DNA from: Puniceicoccales bacterium
Lineage (GTDB): Bacteria > Verrucomicrobiota > Verrucomicrobiia > Opitutales > JAIRLG01
Length of the DNA stretch: 32,000 bases
Assembly (NCBI GenBank): GCA_031288595.1
Contig: JAITRB010000005.1
Coordinates: 13,373-45,372, forward strand
Direction of reading: 5' to 3'
In this document: in pieces, positions 8,163 to 16,377 of the stretch
How the letters are laid out: the number at the start of each line of letters is the position of its first letter
How positions within the stretch are numbered: position 1 is the stretch's first letter
Notes under the pieces: model-generated
Database searches by the model: none
What the model was told of the DNA's origin: nothing
What the model saw: the letters and a program-made list of their open reading frames with translations, nothing else
Position numbers and translations under genes: made by a program

Positions 8163-9340
8163 GGGCATTGCGGCTTCGGGACTTCCCTCTGGCTCTGGAT
8201 GGGTCCCGTCCCGACTTCCTGATCATCGCGGGAGAGGCCTCTGGAGATGAGCATGCGGCCCGTATGGTAGAGGGTTTATTCTGCGAGAATCCCCAAGTGT
8301 CGGTCTATGCCTTCGGCGGGAAAAATCTCCAGGCGGCCGGTGCCCATCTGCTCTATGATCTGACGCAGCACGCGGTCATAGGCCTGTGTGAGGTTTTGAG
8401 GAATCTCGGCCTGTTCCGGCAATTGCTCGCGGCGGTCATCGACTGGGTGGCCATCCACAGGCCGCGTACGGTCTGCCTGGTGGATTACCCGGGCTTCAAC
8501 CTGCGATTGGCCAAACGCCTTTTCCAAAGGGGCTTGAGCCGGAAGGGTGGCGGCGAGGTCGCGCTCTACTACTACATCAGCCCGCAGATCTGGGCCTGGA
8601 AGGCAAAGCGCCGCTTTGGGATGGCCCGCTGGCTCGACCATCTGGGGCTTATCTTTCCCTTTGAAAAGGATTTTTTCGCAGACATCCCGCTGCGGGTCTC
8701 CTTTGTCGGCCATCCCTTGTTGTGCGCCAAAGCTTCTTTCCTATCGTACGCTCCCCAGGGGGTACTGCTCCTGCTACCCGGAAGCCGCGTGGCGACCGTC
8801 CGCCGGCTCTTCCCGCTGATGCTCGAAACTTTTCGGCGACTGCAGCCCCAATTCCCACACCTCTTAGCGGCGGTGCCGTATGCCGACGAGGGGGTGTTGG
8901 AAGAATTGCGGGGGATATTTGCAGGGTACGAAGACCTTCGGTCCTACCTGCGATTTGTTTCCGTTTCAGGCCCAGATCTTCCCTGTGCGGCGAGCCTGAT
9001 GGTCTCCGGCACCATGTCCCTCAGCTGCGCTCTGGCCGGTATCCCTGGGGTCATCACCCATAAAATCCATCCCCTGAGCTACTTCCTGGCCAGGCACTGG
9101 GTCAAGATTCCCTACATCGGCATGGCCAATATTCTGCTGAAGCGGAAGTCGCTGCCGGAGTATATCCAGAGCGAGGCCGAGCCTTCTGCCCTGTGCGAGG
9201 AAGTCTCGCAGTGCCTGCGGGATCCCAGGAGAATCGAACAGGCGCAACAGGATGCCGAAGCCCTGAGGGCCATCCTTGGAGCACAGCCGGATCTGAAGGT
9301 GGCCGAGTGGCTCCTCACTTCGCTGGAGGAGAAATTTTAG
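8159..9340 (+). CDS. lpxB: Lipid-A-disaccharide synthase
   Basis: The ORF is open from 7958, but ATG 8159 (MRALRL..) overlaps the ychF stop (ATGA at 8159-8162). The LpxB N-terminal motif IIAGEASGDEHAARM follows, and the length (393 aa) fits LpxB. Confidence 0.85.
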   Translation: MRALRLRDFPLALDGSRPDFLIIAGEASGDEHAARMVEGLFCENPQVSVYAFGGKNLQAAGAHLLYDLTQHAVIGLCEVLRNLGLFRQLLAAVIDWVAIHRPRTVCLVDYPGFNLRLAKRLFQRGLSRKGGGEVALYYYISPQIWAWKAKRRFGMARWLDHLGLIFPFEKDFFADIPLRVSFVGHPLLCAKASFLSYAPQGVLLLLPGSRVATVRRLFPLMLETFRRLQPQFPHLLAAVPYADEGVLEELRGIFAGYEDLRSYLRFVSVSGPDLPCAASLMVSGTMSLSCALAGIPGVITHKIHPLSYFLARHWVKIPYIGMANILLKRKSLPEYIQSEAEPSALCEEVSQCLRDPRRIEQAQQDAEALRAILGAQPDLKVAEWLLTSLEEKF

Positions 9341-9410
9341 GGGAAAGCCTAGGTCTTACACGGGAAAGGCCGATTTGGGGAATTTCGGGCCCGGATATTT
9401 GGGCGGAGCT

Positions 9411-9509
9411 GGCGCTGTCTTTGGATTCCGGAGGAATCAGCCCGCGCAGCGGGCACCAGAGCGGCAAATGAAAAGGCCTTTTCATCTGCCGCTCTGCAAA
9501 GACAGCGCC
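9411..9509 (+). repeat. Cloverleaf palindromic element, copy D (GCTGTCTTTG-type)
   Basis: Closing helix GGCGCTGTCTTTG (9411-9423) / CAAAGACAGCGCC (9497-9509). Hairpins GATTCC-GGA-GGAATC, AGCCCGC-GCA-GCGGGCA, and a long arm CAGAGCGGCAAATGAAAAGG/CCTTTTCATCTGCCGCTCTG (9457-9496, one mismatch). Confidence 0.9.
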
Positions 9510-10570
9510 GGAGCCGATGGCCCCCCTTCTTCCCGCACGATTTCCCGGAGTTTGGGCAGCCAGCGGCGATGGGGCCCTGAGAGGGGGATCTGTTTCAGTT
9601 CCGCAGCCGAGAACCAGCGGCCATCGGAGGGTATCGGGGTCCTCTCATCGACTTTTAAAATGTGAAACTTTTCCGTGAACCGTGTGAGGCCGATGCTTCG
9701 CCTGCCCGTAAAGATGGGCGGGAGGAGTTTTGGGGAAAACGGAATTGGAATTTCCGGGAATTCCCAGATGAGGGCCGTAGGCTTGCTCGGAATGCCCATG
9801 GGCGATAAGAGGAGCCGGTCCCGGTGGAAAAAGAGGCCGCGGGCCTTGCTGGCTTTTCTGTAGCTGGGGATCTTGAATCGCGGGATGCTTTCGGCCGTCG
9901 CGTGGAGATGGGCCCGACAATGAGAACGTAGGGGGCAGAGCAGGCACTGTGGGTGCTGTGGCAGACAGATCAGCGCGCCGAGCTCCATGAGCCCCTCATT
10001 GTAGAGGGCATGGCGTGGGGAATCGAGGCAGCGCTCGGCCAAGGGACGTAGGTAACTCAGGGCCTGCGCCTGGCCGTCGAAGGCACGTTGGATATTTCCG
10101 AAGCGCAGCAGGACGCGGAGAATATTTCCATCCATGACGGCCACTGGTGTATCTTGAGAAAAGCTGGCGATGGCCGCCGCCGTGTAGCGGCCGATGCCGG
10201 GGAGTTTTTCCCAATCGCCGACCGTTTGGGGCAGATGCCCTTGCCGTCGAATGATTTGGGCGATTTCGTGGAGTGCCGAGGCACGCCGATAGTAGCCCAG
10301 TCCTTCCCACAGGCCTAGAACCTCCACCTCATCAGCTTGGGCTAGGCTTTCCAGGTCAGGGAAGCGCCGGATCCATCGCTCGAAATAAGGCACGACCGTT
10401 TTGACCTGGGTCTGCTGGAGCATCATCTCCGAAATGAGTGTGTGGTAGACGGAGCGTTTCTGGCGCCAGGGCAGAGAGCGAGCCTGGTGGGCATAGAAAT
10501 CGATCACCGCTTGCCTGAGAAAGAGGATTGCCTTTCGGGATAGGTGGAGTGACGGCATGGGATGAGCCAT
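9482..10570 (-). CDS. mutY: A/G-specific adenine DNA glycosylase
   Basis: 362 aa with LISEMMLQQTQV, GLGYYRRA and VMDGNILRV, and an Fe-S cluster pattern C-x6-C-x2-C-x5-C in CLPQHPQCLLCPLRSHC. The last 8 or so codons and the stop lie inside repeat copy D. Confidence 0.9.
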   Translation of the reverse strand: MAHPMPSLHLSRKAILFLRQAVIDFYAHQARSLPWRQKRSVYHTLISEMMLQQTQVKTVVPYFERWIRRFPDLESLAQADEVEVLGLWEGLGYYRRASALHEIAQIIRRQGHLPQTVGDWEKLPGIGRYTAAAIASFSQDTPVAVMDGNILRVLLRFGNIQRAFDGQAQALSYLRPLAERCLDSPRHALYNEGLMELGALICLPQHPQCLLCPLRSHCRAHLHATAESIPRFKIPSYRKASKARGLFFHRDRLLLSPMGIPSKPTALIWEFPEIPIPFSPKLLPPIFTGRRSIGLTRFTEKFHILKVDERTPIPSDGRWFSAAELKQIPLSGPHRRWLPKLREIVREEGGPSAPALSLQSGR

Positions 10571-10630
10571 GCCGCGAAAAACTTTAGGTTTGGCAATACG
10601 GAGGAAATTTTTATAAAGGGAGGCTGGCTT

Positions 10631-11122
10631 ATGGATCGCAGGGAACAGGTGAATTTGTTACTAAAGGGGGTCTCGAAGCGCCTGGGGCTTGGGCTGAGAT
10701 TCGACGGAGAGGCTAGTACCTGCCGGTTTCGGGATAACGGCTCGCAGCGGCATTATATTTTGGAAGTACTGGAGAATCACGACATGCTCTACATCTACTG
10801 CCCACTGATGGAAGTCCCCTGCGAGGGGTGTGAGACCTTCTTTCAATTCCTCCTGAGCCTCAACCTGCATGGACTCCTGACGCAGCATGCCTTCGTCGGC
10901 CTCGATGAGGTGAAAAATCTCATCGTCATGTCCTACTCCTTTCCCATCGAGCTTCTGGATGAATCGCTGCTCTTCAACCTGATCGTCCACTTCACCTCCT
11001 CGGCTGAAAAGGTCTACCAGATGCTGGACAATTTTCTCAAGTCGAGCTCCTTTGCGAAGGGCATCGGGGCGAGCCGCAGGAATGACCTGGCTAAGACGAG
11101 CCGGCTCAGGGTTCGGGTTTAA
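10631..11122 (+). CDS. Type III secretion chaperone-like protein (CesT/Tir-chaperone-like or YbjN-like fold)
   Basis: ATG 10631 is preceded by AAAGGGAGG 8 nt upstream. 163 aa, acidic. The pattern LGLGLRFDGEASTCRFRDNG..ILEVLENHDMLYIYCPLMEVP...FFQFLLSLNLHGLLTQHAFVGLDEVKNLIVMSYSFPIELLDESLLFNLIVHF matches the layout of class I T3SS chaperones. Confidence 0.55.
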   Translation: MDRREQVNLLLKGVSKRLGLGLRFDGEASTCRFRDNGSQRHYILEVLENHDMLYIYCPLMEVPCEGCETFFQFLLSLNLHGLLTQHAFVGLDEVKNLIVMSYSFPIELLDESLLFNLIVHFTSSAEKVYQMLDNFLKSSSFAKGIGASRRNDLAKTSRLRVRV

Positions 11123-11129
11123 CAAAAAG

Positions 11130-11804
11130 ATGTCGGAATTCCCCTATGCCTTGGGCTCAGCTTCGACGGGGTCGGTGCAGGAGACGATTGCCTCTTCCAG
11201 TGAGCCGAAAGGACTGGAAAATCCGGTCAGTTCAGTGGCGGACTTGCTGCGATCCCATGGCGAGCTGGTGGGCTCTCCGCTGGTGGAAGTGGCGGAAGCG
11301 AGAATGGATTTGAGTGTCGTTGAGGAGAGTGAAGAGGAATCGACCCGCAGCATCGGCCAGATGGAGAGGGAGGGGATTTTTCTGGATACCGACGGTGATG
11401 GGATTCCGGACTACCGCGACCTGAGTGGCAGCGAGTCGCGCTTCGCGCAGGAGGCGGATAAGGGGATGAGCAATGCGATGGAAATGCTGAGGGCGATGAT
11501 GGGGAATGTTCTCGGGTTTAATTTCCGACCCGATATCCTGAAGTCGGAGGAGGCCGTGAGTGAAATTTCAAAGGCACAGGGCGGAAACCTGCAGGCGACA
11601 CTGGCGGCTACCCATAGAAATCGCGTCACAATGGACTTCGATGTCGGAGTCTCGTCCTGGCGTCGGATGGCCCAGAAGCGGAGGGACCTCTTCCGCCGGA
11701 CGAGGGAACTTAGGGGGCTTAGCCATATGGAGGGTTTTTATAAAAATATGCCCCAAGTGGCGGATCGCTCGCGGATAGATGCTGATGTGTCGAGGCCGCG
11801 CTGA
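11130..11804 (+). CDS. Hypothetical protein, possible secreted effector; contains one DxDxDG calcium-binding-like motif
   Basis: ATG 11130 lies 7 nt after the chaperone-like stop. 224 aa with no signal peptide. Ser/Thr-rich N-terminus MSEFPYALGSASTGSVQETIASSSE, a DTDGDGIPDYRD motif, and no family recognised. Confidence 0.5.
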   Translation: MSEFPYALGSASTGSVQETIASSSEPKGLENPVSSVADLLRSHGELVGSPLVEVAEARMDLSVVEESEEESTRSIGQMEREGIFLDTDGDGIPDYRDLSGSESRFAQEADKGMSNAMEMLRAMMGNVLGFNFRPDILKSEEAVSEISKAQGGNLQATLAATHRNRVTMDFDVGVSSWRRMAQKRRDLFRRTRELRGLSHMEGFYKNMPQVADRSRIDADVSRPR

Positions 11805-11837
11805 GGATTTTGAGAGGAATCGTTTGTGATGCTTTGT

Positions 11838-11937
11838 GGGCGATGGCCCGTCGGAGAACGGCCTTTGGCCGTTCTCCGACTCCGGCTGTTTTCATGCAAT
11901 GAAAACAGCCATCTGGCTTTGCCAGGGGCCATCGCCC
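11838..11937 (-). repeat. Cloverleaf palindromic element, copy H (GCGATGGCCC-type sub-family)
   Basis: Closing helix GGGCGATGGCCC (11838-11849) / GGGCCATCGCCC (11926-11937), 12 bp perfect. Hairpins GTCGGAGAACGGC-CTTTG-GCCGTTCTCCGAC (11850-11880), GGCTGTTTTCAT-GCA-ATGAAAACAGCC (11884-11910) and CTGGC-TTT-GCCAG (11913-11925). Confidence 0.85.
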
Positions 11938-12075
11938 CACAGCACGCCCCATAAGCTCTCGTCTCCCGCCGCCAACGCCTTTCCCTCTGTCTAGATTTCC
12001 CATCTCCAAACTCGGATGTTCCTCTGACTATTTGCTTGTAAGGATCCCCAACGCTTCCAGAAATGCGAGGACTGA

Positions 12076-12644
12076 GTGGAGATCGATCGGGAGAAAATTG
12101 AGAGGAGCGTACGGCTCCTGCTGGCAGGAATCGGCGAGAATCCGAAACGCGAGGGCCTGTTCGGAACACCGGGACGAATCGCTGCGTTTTTCGAGGAGTT
12201 CTTGGGCCTAAGGGATACATTTGAAAGTGTCCGGAAGCTGTTTCAGGTCGAGTCAGATGGCCGCTATGTGCTCTTGGCATTCCCTTCTATTCGCTCTGTG
12301 AACATCACTTCCTGCCCTTTTACGGCAAGGCATCGATGGCCTATGAAGTGTCCCAGAAGCGCGTTCTAGGCCTGAGAAAATTCATGCGCTTAAGACTCTG
12401 TACCGGCCACCTACAGCTGCAGGAGCACCTGGCGGAGGAACTGGCGAATGCCCTTGTGAAGGCGACGGACGGCGGGAGTGTCCTGATACTCCTGGAGGCC
12501 GAGCATCTCTGCACCCGCATGCGGTGGCTTAGGTCGGAAGGAGCCTGCTACGTAACCCGAGCCCTGAGGGGGAATTTCGCCGGCGACACCGCCCTGCTCT
12601 CGGATATGCTGGCGATGATCCGTCTGGGAAGGACAGGACTCTGA
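12076..12644 (+). pseudogene. folE: GTP cyclohydrolase I (FolE) interrupted by a frameshift
   Basis: Frame 1 (GTG 12076 to stop 12369) encodes the FolE N-terminus (LLLAGIGENPKREGLFGTPGRIA). Frame 2, open from 12225, encodes GIPFYSLCEHHFLPFYGKA...LQLQEHL...EAEHLCTRMR up to stop 12644. By homology the frames join near 12270-12280. Confidence 0.75.
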
Positions 12645-12652
12645 GCAAATCG

Positions 12653-13444
12653 ATGGAAGAGGCGATTCTCGTCGGCGTTCTGAACCTCACACCGGATTCC
12701 TTCTCGGATGGCGGTCTTTACTGTACGCTGGACCGTGCCCTGGAACACGCGCGCCAGATGCGGGCGGAAGGCGCTGCCTACATCGATGTGGGGGGGGAAT
12801 CGACCCGCCCTGGCTTTACGGCCATAGGCGTTCGGGAAGAATGGGAGCGCATCGCTCCGGTCCTCGAGGAATTGCGGAGGGAGCATATTCCGATCTCGGT
12901 CGATACGAGAAAACGAGAGCTGATCCCGCTGGCTTTGGATGCCGGAGCTTCGATGATCAACTTCCAGGGCAGTGTTCGCGAGGCCCTGGAGCTGACGAGG
13001 TCATCGGAATTTCTTCGGAGCGAGGGGCATTGGGTCCTGATGTACAACGGCCGTACGGACGAAGGGAACGAAAAGCTCTCACCCGAGCAGCGGAGAGTCC
13101 TGTTTTTCGAGCGCTGTGCCGAGCACCTGGCTTCGAGAAACATCCCCGCCGAGCGCGTCATCTTCGACCTCGGCATCGGCTTCGGGACCTCAGACGGAGA
13201 AGCTGAGTATCTTCTCCGCCAACAGGAGCGTTTCATCCGGCGCTGGGAACATCCCTGGATGCTGGCGATTTCCAAAAAATCCTTCCTGAAGCGCTGGTGT
13301 TCAGGCGCGGGAGCGGAGCAACGGCTGGAGCTTAGTCTGGCGCTGGCACTCATGAGCTACCGGCAGGGCTGCCGCTACTTCCGCGTCCACGATGTCCGGC
13401 CGCATCGGGATTGCCTCCGAGCCATACGTGAAATTTATGGATAG
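12653..13444 (+). CDS. folP: Dihydropteroate synthase
   Basis: 263 aa with GVLNLTPDSFSDGG, IDVGGESTRPG, ISVDT, DLGIGFG, ISKKSF and FRVHDV. Confidence 0.9.
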   Translation: MEEAILVGVLNLTPDSFSDGGLYCTLDRALEHARQMRAEGAAYIDVGGESTRPGFTAIGVREEWERIAPVLEELRREHIPISVDTRKRELIPLALDAGASMINFQGSVREALELTRSSEFLRSEGHWVLMYNGRTDEGNEKLSPEQRRVLFFERCAEHLASRNIPAERVIFDLGIGFGTSDGEAEYLLRQQERFIRRWEHPWMLAISKKSFLKRWCSGAGAEQRLELSLALALMSYRQGCRYFRVHDVRPHRDCLRAIREIYG

Positions 13445-13829
13445 TTTATTTCTGCGAGGTCTTTCCTATGAGGCGCGACACGGCGTCGAGGATTTCGAGC
13501 ATCAGGTCTCCCAGACGTTTGGGCTTTCCGTCGAACTTCGCGGTGATTTCGGTCGGGCCATCGCGACGGATGAGCTTGCAGAATCCGTAGACTACGATGC
13601 GGTGGAGCGCTGCCTGGCTCGGGAAATCCATGCGAAGAGCTTCCATCTCATCGAGGCCCTGGCATCCCATCTGGTAGCGGAGCTTTTTCGAAGCTTCCCC
13701 TCCGTGGTGGAAATTCGCCTGGAGCTGAGCAAGCGGCCGCTGCTGTGGGAGGGAAAATCCTATCACTCGATCGGGTTTTCCATGGAAAGGCGACGGCATG
13801 ACGCGTGTTTATCTCTCACTCGGAACTAA
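13437..13829 (+). CDS. folB: Dihydroneopterin aldolase
   Basis: ATG 13437 overlaps the folP stop by 8 nt. The N-terminus MDSLFLRGLSYEARHGVEDFEHQVSQTFGLSVEL fits the FolB pattern, as does the operon context. About 130 aa. Confidence 0.7.
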   Translation: MDSLFLRGLSYEARHGVEDFEHQVSQTFGLSVELRGDFGRAIATDELAESVDYDAVERCLAREIHAKSFHLIEALASHLVAELFRSFPSVVEIRLELSKRPLLWEGKSYHSIGFSMERRRHDACLSLTRN

Positions 13830-14826
13830 TCTGGGCGATCGGGAAACCCAGCTCCGCAAAGCCGTAGGACTTCTGCAGGAGAGCTTTGGACTCTTCGCCC
13901 TTTCCGGTCTCTGGGAGACGGAGCCCTGGGGGCGTGTCCGGCAGCCGCCTTTCCTGAACCTCGCCCTGGGCCTCGAAGTTTCCGGGTCCATCGAGGCATT
14001 TTTCTCCCACATTCAGGCCATCGAGCAGCGGCTCGGCAAGAGGAGAGATGGCTTCTGGGCTGCCCGCAACATCGACATCGATCTCCTCTTCTGGGGCCAC
14101 GAGCATTACCGTTCTCCGCATCTGCTGGTTCCGCATCCCTACTGGCATCAGCGGGCATTTGTCCTAAAACCTCTTCTGGAAATCGCCCCGCTACTCAATC
14201 CTGGAGGGAAAAATCTTCCTTTCTGGCTGCGGCGCTGCGAAGCCGAAGATCCATCAGTTGCTGCGCGCCGTGTCGGCCAACTCGAAGGCATTTCTCTCCC
14301 TCCACCTACTCCCTTGAGCTACGAGGAATTGGAGGCACAGGGAGTCATCCTTAAGGGAATCGCGGGGGTGGATGCCCGGCAGGGCCTGGCACGCGAAGGA
14401 AGGATTCCCTGGGAGCTTCCCGAAGACCGTTCCTTTTTTCGCGAGCAGACCCGCGACGGCATCCTATGCCTGGGACGCAAAACGATGGAATCCCTGCCGC
14501 ATGCCTTCGCTCCGGAGGAGCGCGAACTGTGGATTCTGAGCCGGAATGCGTCGTCCTGCGACCGTTTTCCCGCTGCCCTGGTCTTTCACCATCCGAGAGA
14601 ACTGCGAGATGTGCGGACGCCGAAGAACATTTGGATCTGCGGTGGTGGGGAGGTTTATGCGCAATTCCTTCCTCTCTGCTCGGAGATCTATCTCACGCAA
14701 CTGGCGGCGGATTACAACTGCGACCAGTTCCTCGACCCTTCCTGGCGGAAATTGTTCTCCGAAATGCGCTGTCTCAAACGCAATCCCCATGACGCCGTTT
14801 GGTACTACCGACGTCTTGGAGAATAG
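13798..14826 (+). CDS. Bifunctional HPPK (FolK) / dihydrofolate reductase (FolA) fusion
   Basis: The N-terminal half has HPPK motifs: VYLSLGTNLGDRE, NIDIDLL and LLVPHPYWHQRAFVLKPLLEI. The C-terminal half has DHFR motifs: GRIPWELPEDRSFFREQT, LGRKTMESLP, WICGGGEVYAQFLP and IYLTQL. It is a single 342-aa ORF. Confidence 0.8.
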   Translation: MTRVYLSLGTNLGDRETQLRKAVGLLQESFGLFALSGLWETEPWGRVRQPPFLNLALGLEVSGSIEAFFSHIQAIEQRLGKRRDGFWAARNIDIDLLFWGHEHYRSPHLLVPHPYWHQRAFVLKPLLEIAPLLNPGGKNLPFWLRRCEAEDPSVAARRVGQLEGISLPPPTPLSYEELEAQGVILKGIAGVDARQGLAREGRIPWELPEDRSFFREQTRDGILCLGRKTMESLPHAFAPEERELWILSRNASSCDRFPAALVFHHPRELRDVRTPKNIWICGGGEVYAQFLPLCSEIYLTQLAADYNCDQFLDPSWRKLFSEMRCLKRNPHDAVWYYRRLGE

Positions 14827-14847
14827 ACGCTTGAGGGGAGTTTTTTC

Positions 14848-14876
14848 TTGCCTCATGTATACAAGCACCGTAATAT
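14848..14876 (+). promoter_or_regulatory. Sigma70-like promoter candidate
   Basis: TTGCCT (14848-14853), a 17-nt spacer, then TAATAT (14871-14876). It lies at the start of a 510-bp non-coding gap upstream of the galE-like gene. This is a motif match only. Confidence 0.3.
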
Positions 14877-15336
14877 AAAAGGAGAGGAGGTATATACTGC
14901 CTCAATTCTGAAGGGAAGGGTTATGGTGGGAAAAATTCATCTGGCGGGGCTTAGTGCTCTGTGGGGCACTCTGTCTGTAGGGTATGCCGAGCGTTGGCCG
15001 AGAAATGGGATGACCTAGGAAGAGCTTCGCATTGCCGTGTACTGGAAGAACAAAACAGCTTTGTCGCCTCATGCCGAAGCTCGACCAGCACCCGCTTGTG
15101 CGATGTCGAGGACAGGTGGGGCCGGCGAAGGTGTTGACTTGAGAGGATACCCTGGTTTCCCTCATCTTGAGATGGATGGATCTGTTTGGCTCTGTAATCC
15201 TGATTTGGCCAAAACGCCTGAGCTGGAAGCTCCGGAAGACCCATTTGGGTTCCGTTCCTGAAAGGGGCCGTATTTCCCTCCTGAGGAGGGGGAATGGGTC
15301 CGCTGCGAAGAGCTTCTGGTCGCAGAGGGAAATTTT

Positions 15337-16314
15337 ATGCCAAACGTATTGGTGACCGGAGGTTGTGGCTATATCGGCTCGGGTCTTGTTCATCGGCTGA
15401 AACGCCTGAGCTATGGTGTGTCGGTGCTGGATTCTTTGGTTCATGGGGATAGGGGAGCGATTCCGGAAGACGTCCCGCTCTATGTCGGGGATTACGGCCA
15501 CCTCGCTCTGATGGAACAGATTCTATCGGAGCAGGTGGTGGACTGCGTTCTGCACTGCGGGGCCTGGACGGACGTGCGCGAATCGCTGGCCTGGCCGATG
15601 ATGTACTTCGTCAACAACCTGGCCGGAACGATGTTTTTGCTGCAGGCCATGGTTCACAAGCACGTGAAGCAAATCATCTACCTATCGACGGCGTCGGTCT
15701 ATGGAGAGGTGGAGAGTGGTTTAGCGGATGAATCGCAGGTCCCGAATCCCATCAATCCCGACGGGATGACGCATCTGGGCGTCGAGCAGCTTTTGGCAGC
15801 TCTGGCGGAGTCCGAGCGCTGGAGCGTCGTCATCCTCCGTCCTTCCAATGTCGTAGGACGGGCCTCGTCGGGGGAAAGTATTTCTCTGAAGAAAGATAAC
15901 CTGTTCTCCATTCTGGGTGAGGTCGTGAACGGCGAACGGGAATCCTGCGAGGTTTTCGGTAACGACCGACCCACGTTCGACGGCACGGCGGTTCGGGATT
16001 ACGTCCATGTGGAGGATGTGATCCATGCCTTCATCTCCGCCCTGTCGTCCATGCCGGCGATGGGGACGAGGGGAAGCTATAACCTCGCCTCCGGTCGGGG
16101 ATATTCGGTCCGAGAGGTCATTCGGAGCTTCGAAAGGATTTTCGGCAAGAGGATTCCCGTTGTGGAGTCAGACGCTCATCCTGGGGAAATCGCCCGTTCC
16201 GTTCTGGACCCGAGGAAGGCACAGCGGGAACTTCACTGGGAGCGGCGGTTCGATGATCTGAAAACTCTGGTACGGGATACCTGTCCGGGGAGAGAGGGAG
16301 AGCTTTTCGGCTGA
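15337..16314 (+). CDS. UDP-glucose 4-epimerase-like extended SDR (GalE homologue with atypical active site)
   Basis: 325 aa. Rossmann motif VLVTGGCGYIGSG, then STASVYGE and the GalE-specific block FGNDRPTFDGTAVRDYVHVEDV. Where GalE has PYGxSK, this protein reads PDGMTH. Confidence 0.8.
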   Translation: MPNVLVTGGCGYIGSGLVHRLKRLSYGVSVLDSLVHGDRGAIPEDVPLYVGDYGHLALMEQILSEQVVDCVLHCGAWTDVRESLAWPMMYFVNNLAGTMFLLQAMVHKHVKQIIYLSTASVYGEVESGLADESQVPNPINPDGMTHLGVEQLLAALAESERWSVVILRPSNVVGRASSGESISLKKDNLFSILGEVVNGERESCEVFGNDRPTFDGTAVRDYVHVEDVIHAFISALSSMPAMGTRGSYNLASGRGYSVREVIRSFERIFGKRIPVVESDAHPGEIARSVLDPRKAQRELHWERRFDDLKTLVRDTCPGREGELFG

Positions 16315-16377
16315 TGGAGGGAAGGTTCTTTTGAGGGGTATTCGGAGAGGTGGTCTTTGGGGCTGGTTTCAAAATCT

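Noticed and set aside
10590-10617. Sigma70-like promoter TTGGCA-16 nt-TATAAA upstream of the chaperone-like gene.
   Set aside because: The -10 hexamer overlaps the AAAGGGAGG Shine-Dalgarno of the ATG at 10631. A transcript from this promoter would lack the ribosome-binding site, so the two signals cannot both be used as read. I left it uncalled.
14827-15336. tmRNA, RNase P RNA or SRP RNA hidden in the long non-coding gaps (also 19363-19691).
   Set aside because: No tRNA-like 3' end (GGTTCGA..CCA), no RNase P P4 sequence and no SRP domain IV motif was visible on either strand.
14902-15501. 199-aa ORF on the minus strand spanning the folK/galE gap and the galE-like 5' end.
   Set aside because: Its composition is poor (Arg/Ser/Pro-rich), it overlaps the well-supported galE-like start by 165 nt, and it has no motifs. 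I treat it as non-coding.
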